Source: Antedon mediterranea (Eukaryota > Animalia > Echinodermata). Taken from it: a stretch of 64,000 nt of DNA. Shown here piece by piece: positions 38,149 to 51,848 of the stretch. The stretch covers positions 11,819,888 through 11,883,887 of the forward strand of contig NC_092676.1 of assembly GCF_964355755.1 (NCBI RefSeq). Direction: 5' to 3'. The notes below the pieces were generated by a model. That model did no database searches and was not told the origin of the DNA. It saw only the letters and a list, made by a program, of their open reading frames with translations. Each line of letters begins with the position of its first letter. Within the stretch, counting starts at the first letter, position 1. The translations under genes and the position numbers were made by a program.

Positions 38149-40619
38149 CAGGCCCGTAGCCAGGGGTTTTTTTGGGGGTTCGGGCGAACCCCCCCCCCCC
38201 CTTTTTTTGCGCGAACCCCCCTTTTACCAGCAAACCCCCCTTGAAAAACAAAGGCCCCACTTCCAAAATCTTGCAATTAATTATCAATTATAGCAGATTT
38301 TTTTGTCATTTTACTTCTATTGACTATGTTCAAATCGATCGAATATACAGATTGTCCGATGTCAAAGTCACTGCTGAGCGTGAGATCGAGAGATTGTTGA
38401 GAGATGATGGTTATAAATATGACGCACAAGATCACGTTCAGTTCAGTTCAATCTTTTTAGGGATTTTGATTTTTTTCCTGGAAATATTTTTTATTAAACC
38501 AAAGAATTTCACTATGTAAACTTGAATAAAAATGGTGCTGAGTTAAATTGGTACGTGTACGTAGGCCTACCGTATATTTCGGTGTATAAGACGCACTTTT
38601 GACACGCAAATTTGACCTCTAAATGTTACCCTAATTAATTTAATTACCTACTAATACTTAAATTAATTAAAAATAGTGTACTACTCTGCAATGTAGGCCT
38701 AGTTAGTTACTCACTCCTGTCTAACCACAGTGTGGTAACAAGTTTATTGAATTTTTAGGTAAAGCCCCATTCCCTACGTTTTTTAGATCTAATTTAAGAT
38801 CACAAACTATATTTAATGTAAAAATAATACTATATGGTCCTATTGCGATAACTTTTTTCGTCTTTAAACGGTTAAAAATGTGAAAAATAAATCGATTCTA
38901 ATAATTATAGCGGCCCGCTATAAATCCCAAAATGCATTGCGCGCGGATTGATATTTTTGTTTTTCACCTGTAATTCGCCCACTTTTCGATCGATCGTGAA
39001 GCCAAAACAAATGGAAGACTCCTAACTTTTCAGCGAAAATACCGGATTTTCCCCAATTTGTATCAACGGAGTTTGGCAAAAATAGAAAGAAAATTAATGC
39101 AGCAACTATACAACGTCAGGCTAGGTATATAGCTAGCGTACGATGTTCGTACGTTATCGATGTTTACCAGCTAGGCCTACAAAACTAAGCCTAGCTAGGC
39201 TAGGCCTAAGACCGTCCACGAGAGGTCGATCGCCGCGAGCTACTTAGGTAGTGCATTGTTTCTCACTTTTTATCATAATTTACCATAAAACGTACATTTA
39301 AGACAAGGAATGACATGGTTTAATGTTTTTAAAGTGATATATATGTATTATTTTCCAAAAAACGTCCAAAATTGCAGGGAAGGGGTCTTTAAGATAAATT
39401 GTCATCCTCGACTGTATTAATTAATATTACAGTACGCATTAGAAATTCTACCCAGGCCTAGTAGTACTCTCTGAACTCGCGGGTGTGTATTCTAGCAGCA
39501 TGCAGCATCACAGCGCAACACATTTATGGAAGAGTCCATTAATTACGGTGGTGTCACATTTTAATTACACAATAACTATTTCCCTTGATCACGGTGGTTT
39601 ATTTTTATTACATCTCTATGTCAACAATCACATAATTTTATAATCATGTAGGCAACAGTTCGTATGTCAAGCGATATCAAAAAGAGTGTGTTGTTATTGT
39701 GTTAAGTAGCTTCCCCTAATCTCATAGTGTATATGGCCAACAGTGCTGGCCACCAGGCAAGGAGCACATGGTTTGTGCTCTCCTCTCCTCATATTGATGT
39801 AATGCATGAATGGAAATAGGAAAGATTTTCATATAGACCTACCCAACATGATATTCCTGGTTAATTATCAGCCCAAAAAACTGAACATCATTTGGATTGA
39901 TTTTATAATGGTCATACACACAATAAGAAGGTATATATTTAAATAATATGAAATTAAAGTTACTTAAATAGACATAGGCTAGCCCTACCCACACAGTGTA
40001 TCTTAACTGAAACAATATGGGGATTTCCCTTTTCATTGAACGTTCAGTTGAAGTAGAGACTGATTACGATGTAATAAAGGCAATCAAACAAAATTATATC
40101 ATTTGATTCTAATAAATATGTCTCAAATATCGTTGTTTATTATTAAAATACCATTGTTTTGATTGTAAAATGTTTACATTTCGGCCTAGAAATAAGTGCG
40201 TCTTATGCATCGACTACATAAAAAATACTAATATTTCAGTCTCCGTTATGGGTGCGTCTTATACACAGGTGCGACTTGTACACCGAAATATACGGTACTA
40301 TTTGTTTTTTATGTTTATAGGATAAGAAATTATTTAAGGACCTAATATAATATACTTTTTTGCAACAATAAAGCTGTATTTCAAGATCAGTACTACTAAC
40401 TTCCATAATACTGTACTATATAATTTCTCTGCATAACTCAGATTTTAGTAGGTAAAAAATGTGTCTGTAAGCTTATTAAAGCAACCGAAATTGCCCCCCG
40501 ACCGGGGGCCCTTGGCGGCCCCCTGCCCTCCCCCCCCCCCCACTACAGTTGCTCGCTGCGCTCGCAAAATACTTGGTGTCAAGAAAATCCCCCTCTGATG
40601 CATTCTGGCTACGGGCCTG
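38149..40619. mobile_element. Non-autonomous hAT-like element with 5-bp TSD (hAT5-like), inside the 3' LTR
   Basis: TIR CAGGCCCGTAGCCAG / CTGGCTACGGGCCTG; ATTGT on both sides. Confidence 0.8.
38570..40295. mobile_element. pogo/Tigger-like (Tc1/mariner) non-autonomous element
   Basis: TIR CCGTATATTTCGGTGTA.AAG..GCAC, TA duplication. Confidence 0.88.
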
Positions 40620-40778
40620 ATTGTAAAACGGTACATTACAAGCTCAATCTCTTGCAGTGAATAAAAGGTAACTGATATGCCGATCAAATAACATGCCGCA
40701 AAAAGACTACGTCCGACAATCATAATAATAGGCCTAAAATTAAACTTTAGCTAATATTATTAGCCCCAACCTAGAGGC

Positions 40779-42597
40779 TGTAAGAATATGTTATAGCGCC
40801 ACCTATAATAATATGAAAACACATGTCTTGAGAGGCGCTGCCATCTTGAGTTACTGTATTGTTATAGCTAGTTAGTATGCTTCTACTTCATGATCATTAA
40901 AATACCTCTCGGAGACACTAAAGAGTAGTCGTCGGTCGTCTGTTATTTCCGTATGCATTATAAGAACCTATGACACAACATGGAATTTAAACGTTTGAAC
41001 TGTCCAAACATCCAAATTGGACAACGTAGAACCTAGCTTAGTGTATTGAAGTTTCAAATCAGCTGACGGTGCGTACAGGGTACGAAACCCGGTACGGTGA
41101 GTGAACTATTTTTGCGTGGCTAGTTGAAGTGACAAGCGGTCGCTCAACCATGCATCTTCGATGCAATTTCCGGTTCCACAACCCTTAGGCTATGTTCAGA
41201 CCCATGGCGTTAGACCGTTTTAGCGTACAACGTTACTAGCAAGGTCACATTACAAACCGCAGAGGAAAAAATGAGGTGTTCAGACCCATAGCGTACGATT
41301 ATCGTTACAACGGAAGTGCGTCATCCAGGTTGGTTCTAGTTGCATATTCATGTGCTCTTACCCACGTGTTTTCATCATTATTTCCACTGTATATAGGCCT
41401 AGATCTCAGCCCTACAATTATGACAAAATTTGCCGTAAATAAAACATACCTCAGGCTGAGGTCAGCATTTATTTGAGAAAAATATAGTGAAGCCAAATTT
41501 CTGTTTCTATTGTTTTATTTTGTAGTAAAAAACATTTTCCCCAGGCCTCGTGCTGTTACGAAAATAAAGCAAGCCTCCTAATGATGAAGATGGAGATGGA
41601 GGGAAAAAATTGATTGTGATTAGTCCAGACCTCAGTCAGTTAAAAAAAAACCTTAACTTGCTAATAAAAATGACACAGCTCCCCTCGTTTGTTTACTGAA
41701 TTTTTTAGGAGTTAGGGGGTCTTTCAGCATTATACTTGTCCAGTCTAGTCTGCCTTGTATATATGAATGAGTGACTTGATGTTCCACCACGCTAGTTTAT
41801 AGCTTGAATGAAATTCATGAATGGCTCTTAGCTAGGCCTAGGCCTAAAAGGAGACGGGATCGTAGTCACTATGTTTAAATACAAGGTGCATTTATTTATG
41901 TCATTTGTTAGAAAATATAATGGTAAATCAATTGATACATGTAGTTTGTAGCCTAGTTTTTTTTAACAGTTGTATTTGTAGCCTAGTTAGGCCTTTTTGT
42001 TGTTGAAATCCATCTCTCACATATTGACGATACAAGATGTCAGCCTAGGTCAAACCTTGTTTCGCGTCATAACAGGAAACGTTCTGATTGGATACAACGT
42101 TGACTTACAGTAGCATCGTACGCTAAAACGGTACTATCAACCGTTTTCCACTACAACGCTACAACCGTTGTACAACGCGTTGTACGCTAATCCCCAACTG
42201 TTCAGACACACATTCTTTTAGCGTCGTACGCTAAAACGGTCTAACGCCATGGGTCTGAACAGGGCCTTAAACACGAACGGAGACGTTAGGGAAAATTGGA
42301 AATGTTTTAAGTCTCAATGGACCAACTATGAAATCGCCACAGGCCTCGTCAGCAAAGATGATAAAGTAAGAGTAGCTACACTCCTCTCAATTATGGGAAA
42401 AGAATGCTATATGACTTCTCAGTTGGAAGAAGATACTCTTAAAACTGATGCAATCCTTAAAAAGCTATCTGATTACTTTAAACCAGCTACCAACGTGATA
42501 TACGAACGGTATACTGTATTTTTAATTCACGTGACCAAAAACAAGGTGAAAAGTTCGACGAGTTCGTCACCGAGTTAAAACATTTAAGCGATTCATG
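40779..42597 (+). pseudogene. 5' remnant (possible LTR plus gag) of a second Gypsy element, split by a Harbinger MITE
   Basis: Rejoined ORF MQFPVPQPL|NTNGDVRENWKCFKSQWTNYEIATGL..VATLLSIMG..YFKPATNVIYERY..Q..GEKFDEFVTEL; possible LTR ending ACAACA|TGG at 40980. Confidence 0.7.
41188..42266. mobile_element. PIF/Harbinger MITE
   Basis: ~45-bp TIR GGC..TGTTCAGACCCATGGCGTTAGACCGTTTTAGCGTAC; TTA TSD. Confidence 0.88.
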
Positions 42598-44487
42598 AAA
42601 GATGGTGGTATAAAATACCTCCATGGGTATATTACGATCGATTTTGTATTTTGACTCCACATTTGATAACTAACTTTATTGTGTGAATACAACACCTAAT
42701 ATAAGTATGCCTCATAAGTACTTTAATGAAGAATAATCACATAAAAAGAAACAAATAAATCCTTAAATTAATTATTTTACAGACGTGTTTCTAGCACACT
42801 GTTCGCGAATTTCACTTAATGTTCAATATTTTTGTTTCTATGGAGCGCCAAGAGCAAAGAGGACTAAAACTCAGTGGAATGAGTCTATTTCTAATGCATT
42901 TATTGGTGAAATACACGTTTAATTTCAATATATTTTGTTAATTTGTCAATAAAATGCTGTAATATGTTACTGCTGATATTGTTCTGTCTAAATCAACATC
43001 ACTACCTAGCCCAGACCTAGGACATCCTACCAATTGCGGTTTGCTGCAGCACGTCGCTGAGAGTGAGGCATACATATTATTGTACTGTATTTGCCTTGAG
43101 GTATTGCCTGTTAAAGAATAGCACGGGCTGTACCATTTTACTGTGGGTAATTGCGGTCAAATTTATAATAAATATTGAAAAACTGCAGGTATATAAAAAC
43201 CATTTCCTGATTTCTGCCCTCTATTTATTTTATTCAATGGATTTTTAACTGTATTCCAAGACAGCGTCAACGTCGATTACTGTATTGTAGAAACCTACTC
43301 AAGTTAATTGTTTTTTTTACAAACTCGTGTTTTTTTTTTCACTTTTCTACTTTGATAATTTACGATGTATTGTTGTAGTGTGATTTAAGGTTTTATTTCA
43401 ATTGCCATATACAATTAATAAGAAGGTCAAAACATGGAGATATAAATTCAAAATGATGAAGGCAATTTTCCATCGAGGGTATTAAAAAGAAAATACTATA
43501 CTGGATAATTTTTAAAAAGCATAACATGGCACAGGCGTACCTGCATAGGCTATAAAAGTGTTTAAATTTCATATAAATATTATTTTGATGATTTGCATCT
43601 CTAAATATGATTATTAAGAATGTCGGTTTTAATTTAATTTAGTTTCATCGTATTCAATGACAGATTCATCTTTTTAACATGCTCTTTTACAGCTCTGTTT
43701 ATATTTAATTTTAGGTTTGTTATATTGGAACAAAATTAAAGTCCCAAGTAAAATATGCGATTTCTGTTATTTTTAGGGCGAGTTTGTTTTGTTGTACTTT
43801 AATTATTTAATTGTTGTAATAACAACCAATTTAACTATGACCACCATACTAACCAACCTGAGATATTTAAAATGCGGGACAGACTATTTTTGTAGGGGGT
43901 GAGGGTCGGACACGAAGTATTTTCAGCCCCCACCACCTCGTGGTGGCCTGCGACGTAAACAAATTTAGTTCACTGGCACTCCTAGATGGCTGGAAATATT
44001 ACTCTCGCACGTAAAATTCATGATGAATGGCACCTCTTGTATTCTGGTACGGTAAACGATGCAAATATTATTAGATTGTATGTTACTCTTTTTTTGTTAA
44101 TCTGTAATTCAACGATTTTCATGCTGATTCTTGAATTTATTTTATTAAAAAAATGTCTTCGGAGGGTAAAAATTGAACTGATCCACCCCCAATGGCAAGA
44201 AAATTGGGCCTTCCTTTTATAAACGCACACATCATGGATTGTCATGTGTAATTGCGATCGTGACTAACGCATGGTTATCGGCCCATCCTCATCACGGCGA
44301 GCGACCACGGACAAATTAATTGTAATTTTCCCCTGATATTACGTTTTTTATTGATGTGTGGTGTTATAATATGAATACTCGCATAATGTTCTATACTGTT
44401 AAAATATACCAATTAATTTTAATGCATTTTCCTCTCAAATGATAACGCATCGAATATAGGTCTACTTATGTGTTCAAAGGCGTGTTT

Positions 44488-45682
44488 TTTTTTTTCTCTT
44501 TTGTGGCGTTAACCACTATTTATTCATTTCATTTCATCAACAGATTAATACAATTATTTCTAATAATAATAATAACTATTCATTGTTATTCTTACTTTTG
44601 TTTGGTTTATATATATTTATTTTTTTTTTTAATTTTATCAACGTTACTGTTCTTGGAATCAGAGCATTATTTCTTTTCTGTTATCCACCTTTTTTCATAA
44701 TTTTCTAGTATTTTTTTTGTTCTATAAATCTCAACATCTAACATTGTGAACACTTAACTAATAAATGTACTGTAGGAGATACATTTACTAATGTTGTATA
44801 GTTATTTTCGGTAGTATTTTTGACATATAATTCATTTATACCTATATACAGATTATATACATTATTTTAAAATACGAATATAAACAAAAAACAAAAACAA
44901 AAATATTAAAAATGCTTTTCTTACTCCTGTGTCTAGTTTTATGTCTCATGGTTATATTTGTTTGCTTATCTTCTCGTGCGTTACTTATGTTGCGTTACGT
45001 TTATTTTTTGTTTTCAATATTAATTTATATAATTTTTTTTTTTTTTTTTATTTATATTTCATATAAGATAAAATGAAACTGCCTATGTGTATTATACAAC
45101 ATTATTTTGTAATATATTTTAAATAATCAGATTCACATCAATATAAATTATAATAGGTGGTTAAGGTAAGATCTTTTGTTTTTTGCCGCCATAAAAAGAC
45201 GAGACAATGATCCGGTCCATTTGTTTACATTTTTCAAAGTATGTGCCTTGTAAACGCAGAAGCATCCAATAGAGAACATGTGGTTTACATATTTGTTTCC
45301 TGTACCTAGTACAATGTTTCGATAATTTGCCTCGATCCCAAATTTGTGCATGGTATAAACGTTAATATATTCCCATAAGGGTTTTACTTCAGTGCATTCA
45401 TAAAAGAAATGGGCATCATCCTCTACTACGTTGCATTGTAGGCAAGTATCTGTGTTGCTTATTTTCCATTTTAACAGCCTTCTTTTGGTAGGTGTTATAC
45501 AATGCACTAGTTTGATGTTCAACTGTTTAAGTTTATTATCTTTAATATCTTTAATTTTTTTTTTCCATGTTACAGACCAATCGTTCTCCATGTTAAAATA
45601 TGTTTCCCATTTTGTTTTACTTTTGGATGGTTCTAGACATTTTTCTTTAATAAAAAAAGAACATATTTGTTTGCTACTCATA
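44488..45682 (-). mobile_element. 5'-truncated Tx1/L1-like LINE
   Basis: ORF 45148-45687 zf-RVT region (CLQC..EDDAHFFYEC); poly-A; 15-bp TSD TTCAAAGGCGTGTTT. Confidence 0.9.
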
Positions 45683-46335
45683 TTCAAAGGCGTGTTTCAT
45701 TAAAAATCACTTGAAATGCGAGACCGTCCCGAACCATGCGAGATGGTTGGTAACTATATGGACCACATAAATGTTTGTTGGAATTAATGGTATCGGAAAT
45801 TACAAAGCCTTTGAATAATATATAATGTCGTACCTTATAGCGCCAAACAAAAAATTTGGTGCTGAGAGATTTTTTTGTTTAGAATGGATCGTTGACCGGA
45901 AAACAACTAATATCTTATACTTTGATAGCATGTGTTATTGGTGGTACAATTCAGAATAGAATAGGAACGGCGGTTTAGCGTTAAAGTTAAAGTTAATTTT
46001 CAGTCGTGTGTTTCTTATAAATTTGTAATTGTGTTCTGACCGCTCTAAAGGTACTTTGTCACCGGTTGGTCTCTTCCCGTCACGGCGATCCTTTTGTATA
46101 TTCTTATTGATGATTCTTCTAATCTATTTTTATATGTGCCTGTAAAAATCCTAATAATAAATATGAACCTCTAACCACTGAAATTACTATTGCAGTATTA
46201 TTTAGGGTTAAAATGCCGGCTATTCAATTAGTTAACAATATGCATACATACATAGCGGATTAATACAATTTACAGCTTGCCCAGCTCGTTTAAATGGACT
46301 CGCACTCATGGGAATTTGAATTGAATGCTGTTTAA

Positions 46336-47459
46336 AATGGACCTGAAATGGAATTTCGATTTTCAAGAAATTCACACATGTTATTTAAATGTATCAAATT
46401 AACACAAACCCATACAAATAAAAACAAAATGTATAGTATTTTGAGTAAAAACGAAATTTTAAGATACCATGGTAAATTAGCGAAAATTACTCACGCCATT
46501 GCAATATTCTATTTCAACGGCCGTCGGAAGCCTCTATATTCAAGACGTCACATATACACACGACGATATCGAGAGCCTGTATGTGCCGCCCGATAGTCAG
46601 TGAATGATCGACGGCCTGGAATGATACGCGAAGCGTTGACACTAATACTAATTTATTCAATATCTAATGTTGTTGAAATATAGGTCCCTAAAATGTACTT
46701 CGTTTGTTCTAAAACCCGAATTTAGAAGGCCTACCTCCCAAACCTTTACTAGGCCTAGGCCCCCAATCCAGCGCGCGGAGTCGATCCACCACCCACATCA
46801 TGCGGCGAGGCTCCGTTGCATCCAAGGACCAAAGCGATATCAACAACTTGCTGCGCTCATTGTCAAGCCAAAGTAAAATATGAATAAAATTCGTTTTCGA
46901 ACTGCCTGATTCGTGACAAATAAATTATCATCTCATATTACTAATTTAATTCTGCTAAACTAAAAACTAAAGAAACTAACACATTTTAGCAGTATAAATT
47001 AAGAACGATATACAAAATACAAGAACGGAAAATATGGATACGCATCATTGCGCACGGAGCTGTATCCCGGACAACGTTGCCAGGCCAACTTCGGTATTGC
47101 CAGAAAAAAACCGTTGATTTTAAGATTTTAAATCGTCATTTACTCGATGAATAACCGTTTATACGGTAATAATTTATCTAAAAAAATTCTAAATACGTTT
47201 CTGCAAATGCACAAGCATTATTTAGAAAATACTCCATAGATTTCAAGAGTTATAGCCAAAAAACTGCAAATTGTCCATTGGAGGGATAGGAATATATTCG
47301 CAAAGTGACGTCACCCGCGAATTTTTTGGATTTTCAAATGGGGCTTTCCCCAAAAGGGCCAATTTATATTTTGTAACAATATACATTCTAGCAACACCTA
47401 ATAGCCCCCAAAACATCATTCTAAAATGAAAAAAATCGAAAATCCATTTCAGGTCCATT
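46336..47459. mobile_element. Kolobok-like MITE
   Basis: TIR AATGGACCTGAAATGGA with TTAA duplication; inserted in the first satellite unit. Confidence 0.8.
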
Positions 47460-48890
47460 TTAACTAAAAAAAACGCGTTCTCAGAGAAAAATCACAGAAA
47501 TCGCATAACTTAACTGTACTTTTTTATTTATTTATTGAATGAAATAATGAATGTTTATCACATGGAACTAAAGTAAACTCAAACAAGATATAATCAAGTT
47601 TAAGCACTTGAATGCTGGGTACTTAAAAAAACACGCTCTCAGGGAAAATTACAGAAATTGCATAACTGTAGCTTTAAATTTATTTTTATTGAATGAAATA
47701 ATGAATGCTTATCACATGGAACTAAAGCAAACTACTCAAGCAAGATGAAAACAAGTCTATTTAAGCAATTGAATGCTATTTAATTAAAAAACACGCTCTC
47801 AGTGAAAATCACAGAAATTACGTAACTGTGCCTTTAAATTTATTTTTATTGAATGAAATTATTAGTGTTCATCACATAGAACTAAAGTAAAGTCAAACAA
47901 GATAAAAGCAAGTCTATTTAAGCAATTGAATGCTATTTAATTAAAAAACACGCTCATATGGAAAATCACAGAAATTACGTAACTGTACCTTTAAATTTAC
48001 TTTTATTGAATGAAATTATTAGTGTTCATCACATAGAACTAAAGTAAAGTCAAACAAGATAAAAGCAAGTCTATTTAAGCAATTGAATGCTGTTTAATTA
48101 AAAAACACGCTCTCATGGAAAGTCACAGAAATTACGTAACTGTACCCTTAAATTTATTTTTATTGAACGAAATATTAGTGTTCATCACATGGAACTAAAG
48201 TAAACTCAGACAAGATAAAATCAAGTCTATTTAAGCAATTGAATGCTGTTTAATTAAAAAACACGCTCTCAGTGAAAATCACAGAAATTACGTAGGCCTA
48301 ACTGTGCCTTTAAATTTATTTGTATTGAATGAAAATATTAGTGTTCATCACATGGAACTAAAGTAAAGTCAAACAAGATAAAATCAAGTCTATTAAGCAA
48401 TTGAATGTTGTTTAATTAAAAAACACGCTCTCATGGAAAATTACAGAAATTACGTAACTGTACCTTTAAATTGATTTTTATCGAATGAAAATATTAGTGT
48501 TCATCACATGGAACTAAAGTAAATTCAAACAAGATAAGAGCAACCGAATGCTATTTAATTAAACAGCATTCAATTGCTAAAATAAACTTGATTTTATTAG
48601 TGTTCATCACATGGAACTAAAGTAAACTCAAACAAGATTAAATCAAGTCTATTTAAGCAATTGAATGCTGTTTAATTAAAAAACACGCTCTCTCATGGAA
48701 ATTTACAGAAATTACGTAACTGTACCTTTAAATTTATTTTTATTGAATGAAAATATTAGTGTTCATCACATGGAACTAAAGTAAATTCAAACAAGATAAG
48801 AGCAATTGAATGCTGTTTAATTAAACAGCATTCAATTGCTCAAATAAACTTGATTTTATTTGTGTTCATCACATGGAACTAAAATAAACT
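47460..48890. repeat. Tandem satellite, ~158-bp unit, about 9 copies
   Basis: ACACGCTCTC..CAGAAATTACGTAACTGT..CACATGGAACTAAAGTAAA..GCAATTGAATGCT recurs at 47631, 47791, 47948, 48105, 48261 and 48423. Confidence 0.95.
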
Positions 48891-50223
48891 GCTTAATTTT
48901 TCCTTGATAATGTGTTATATTAATATTTATAATATGTGAATAAAAGATACTGTACATAAATTGACCCGATTAAATAATACTGTAGAGTAACAGACAAATA
49001 TATAACATCTTGCACCTTAATATTTTATATCATTGCAAATTTATTTTCAACAGATGCTGCAGTTTGTTGAGGAGCAAGCTACGCAAGACAAAATAATTCA
49101 CCTAGACTCTAAAAAGAAACAAACAAATATTAAATGTCAACCAGGAACTAGATTGGGCACCAAAAAATAAAATTATTATATCAGCCACAGTTTCTCTTAA
49201 TATCATATAAATAAAACTAAACATTCTTATTCACCAGGTTTTATTGTAGGACATTTTGATTATATAAATCCATTTACCGGAAAATGTACTTGGCTAAAAT
49301 CGCAAGGCCTTACGGCATTATAAACTGCAAGTCCAATCAAGGTCATGAAAGTGGTTTGGTACAGCTGATTTGTATTATCCTACAGTAAAAAGAAAAAAAA
49401 TCATAAAATTAAATATTCTATATATAGATTAGAAGTCTGCAACATGTATACAAATAACACACCTATGCACTTGTTCTGACGTGTATGATGATATGAATTA
49501 AAATTAACACAACTCACTACTCGAAATAAATGATGCGCTCGGACACAAACTTTTATGATATTTTGTGGAAACACGACTTTGGAATCATTTTATTTGTGTG
49601 TGTGCTTTTTTGTTTTGTTTTTTTCTTTTACATTTTTTAACAATTTTAATGGTTTTTTATATTTTGCAATTTTTTTGCGTGAGGTTTGGTATCTTTTTTG
49701 GTATTTTTGTAATTACATTGTGGTTTAGATTTGTTGATTTAAGCGGAGATAATTATTATTTACACATCGCGGATTTGAACTCGAAACTACTAAGCATTAA
49801 TTTCAATGGCCACGGCGTTTTACTCATTAAGCCAAACCGTGATTTACAAAATACATTGTGTTCCAAGGTAATAGGTGTAATTCATTAAAACTTCAACGGC
49901 GCGATCAGTCGATACGGTTGACTAATGACTGTTTATTTAGTGGCCTGGCATGGTATTTGTAGATCCGGCCATGGCGGTACAAAACAGAGGAGGTTGCTTA
50001 GTTTATACAGTGACGTAAACATGGTTGCTGAGATGTTAAATTACTGCTATTTTTTGCCTTTTTTTAGTGTTTATCCTTAAAATTCAGGAAAGTGACATAG
50101 CCTATCGTGTGCGGCCCCTCAATAAACATCAGTGTGCTAGATGTGAGCACGTACCTTTCAGTGGTTTTGGAGGAGATACGTAAAATTACGCGAAAAATTT
50201 AGTAGCATTAATATATCACCGTT

Positions 50224-50646
50224 GCTAAAGATACGGTACCGTATCCATGCTTTTAAAAAATAAAGATACGGTAATTATAGAGGGCGCTTCTGTTTGCTAA
50301 AAGTACGGTAAAATTGCATTCCTAAAACTCGTACCTAAATATAAAATTCGTTCCTAAATATAAAACTCGTTCCTAAATATTAAACTCCTTCCTAAATATT
50401 AAAAACCTAACCCTCTAAATAATCTCTCATAAATTAAAAACTTAAAAAAAATGAAAAAAAGACGTCAAGAAGAGTACCTCCAACCCCTTAAGCCAAAGCC
50501 TCATCACATGCCCACTAGGCTACACAGCTGTCTTGCAGAAAACCAATGCAATAACCTATTTGATTAACATCCACATTACATAGCGCCCTCTATAATTACC
50601 GTACCTTTAGTTTTTAAAAGTATGGATACGGTACCGTATCTTTAGC
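50224..50646. mobile_element. Short MITE-like inverted repeat element
   Basis: ~65-bp TIR GCTAAAGATACGGTACCGTATCCAT...TATAGAGGGCGCT; internal 19-bp tandem CGTTCCTAAATATAAAACT. Confidence 0.75.
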
Positions 50647-51848
50647 CATAGATGTTTGTGCTTTGGGATAACCTGTTCTCATACTATGAGGCGCCATACG
50701 CAGCAAAAGTGGAAATTTTAAAACGTACCGTGTAATTGTTAAAATACAAATGAACATTTTAAATTTTTTTTTTTAATTACACAGTACGATTTAAGAAATC
50801 AGACATAGTATTTCAAAATGTTCATTTGTATTTTTTAAATTACACAGTACGTTTTACGTTTTTCCACTTGTATTTTTGCGTGACACTTTGCTGCGTATCG
50901 GAGACGGGTTGGTGAATTTTGTCCAAGATGGGGAAATTTCTGTCCAGAATGGGGAAATATTTTGTCCAGAATAAGGACAAAAGCGATAGGTGGCGCTATA
51001 ATCGTGTCCAAGATGGGGAAGCTGTCCAATATAGAGAAATCCGATTTGTCCAAAATGGGGAAATTTCTGTCCAAGATGGGGAAGTGGTGGCGCTATATCG
51101 TGTCCAAAATGGGGAAATTTCTGTCCAGGATGGGGAAGTGGTGGCGCTATATCGTGTCCAAAATGGGGAAATTTCTGTCCAGGATGGGGAAGTGGTGGCG
51201 CTATATCATGTCCAAAATGGAAAAATTTCTGTCCAGGATGGGGAAGTGGTGGCGCTATATCGTGTCCAAAATGGGGAAATTTCTGTCCAGGATGGGCTTA
51301 TGCTGTGTCAAAAATAGGCAAGCTATCCATATAGAGAAATCAGATTTGTCCAAAATGGAAAAATTTCTGTCCAGGATGGGGAAGTGGTGGCGCTATATTG
51401 TGTCCAAAATGGGGACATTTGTGTACAGGATGGGGAAATGCTGTGTCAAAAATAGAGAAGCTGTCCAATATAGAGAAATCCGATTTGTCCAAAATGAAGA
51501 AATTTCTGTCCAGAATGGGGAAATACTGTGTCTAAAATAGCGAAGCTGTCCAATATAGAGAAATCCGATTTGTCCAAAATGGGGATTTCTGTCCAGGATG
51601 GGGAAGTGCTGTGTCCAAAATAAAGAAGCTGTCCAATATAGATAAATCCGATTTGTCCAAAATGGGGAAATTTCTGTCTAAGATGGGGAAGTGCTGTGTC
51701 CAAAATAGAGCTGTCCAATATAGAGAAATCCGATTTGTCCAAAATGGGTAAATTTTGTCCAGAATAGAGAAGGGCTGTGTCCAAAATAGAGAAACTGTCC
51801 AATATATAGAAATCCGATTTGTCCAAAGTGTTTTCTAAAATAGAGACA

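Larger units (their letters stand above)
34359..40640 (+). mobile_element. Gypsy/Ty3 LTR retrotransposon (Mag/K02A2.6-like) with gag deleted
   Basis: Partial 5' LTR 34359-34466 matches the 3' LTR starting at 37854; PPT AGAAGGGAGGGAA 37841-37853; LTR ends TGTAATGTA/TACATTACA; TSD AGTTC/AGCTC. Confidence 0.9.

Noticed and set aside
42249-42578. Gag as the missing part of the upstream Gypsy element
   Set aside because: It lies outside that element's TSD and behind different LTR-like sequence; treated as a separate element
47460-48890. CRISPR-like array
   Set aside because: Whole units repeat with no unique spacers; eukaryotic context; no cas genes
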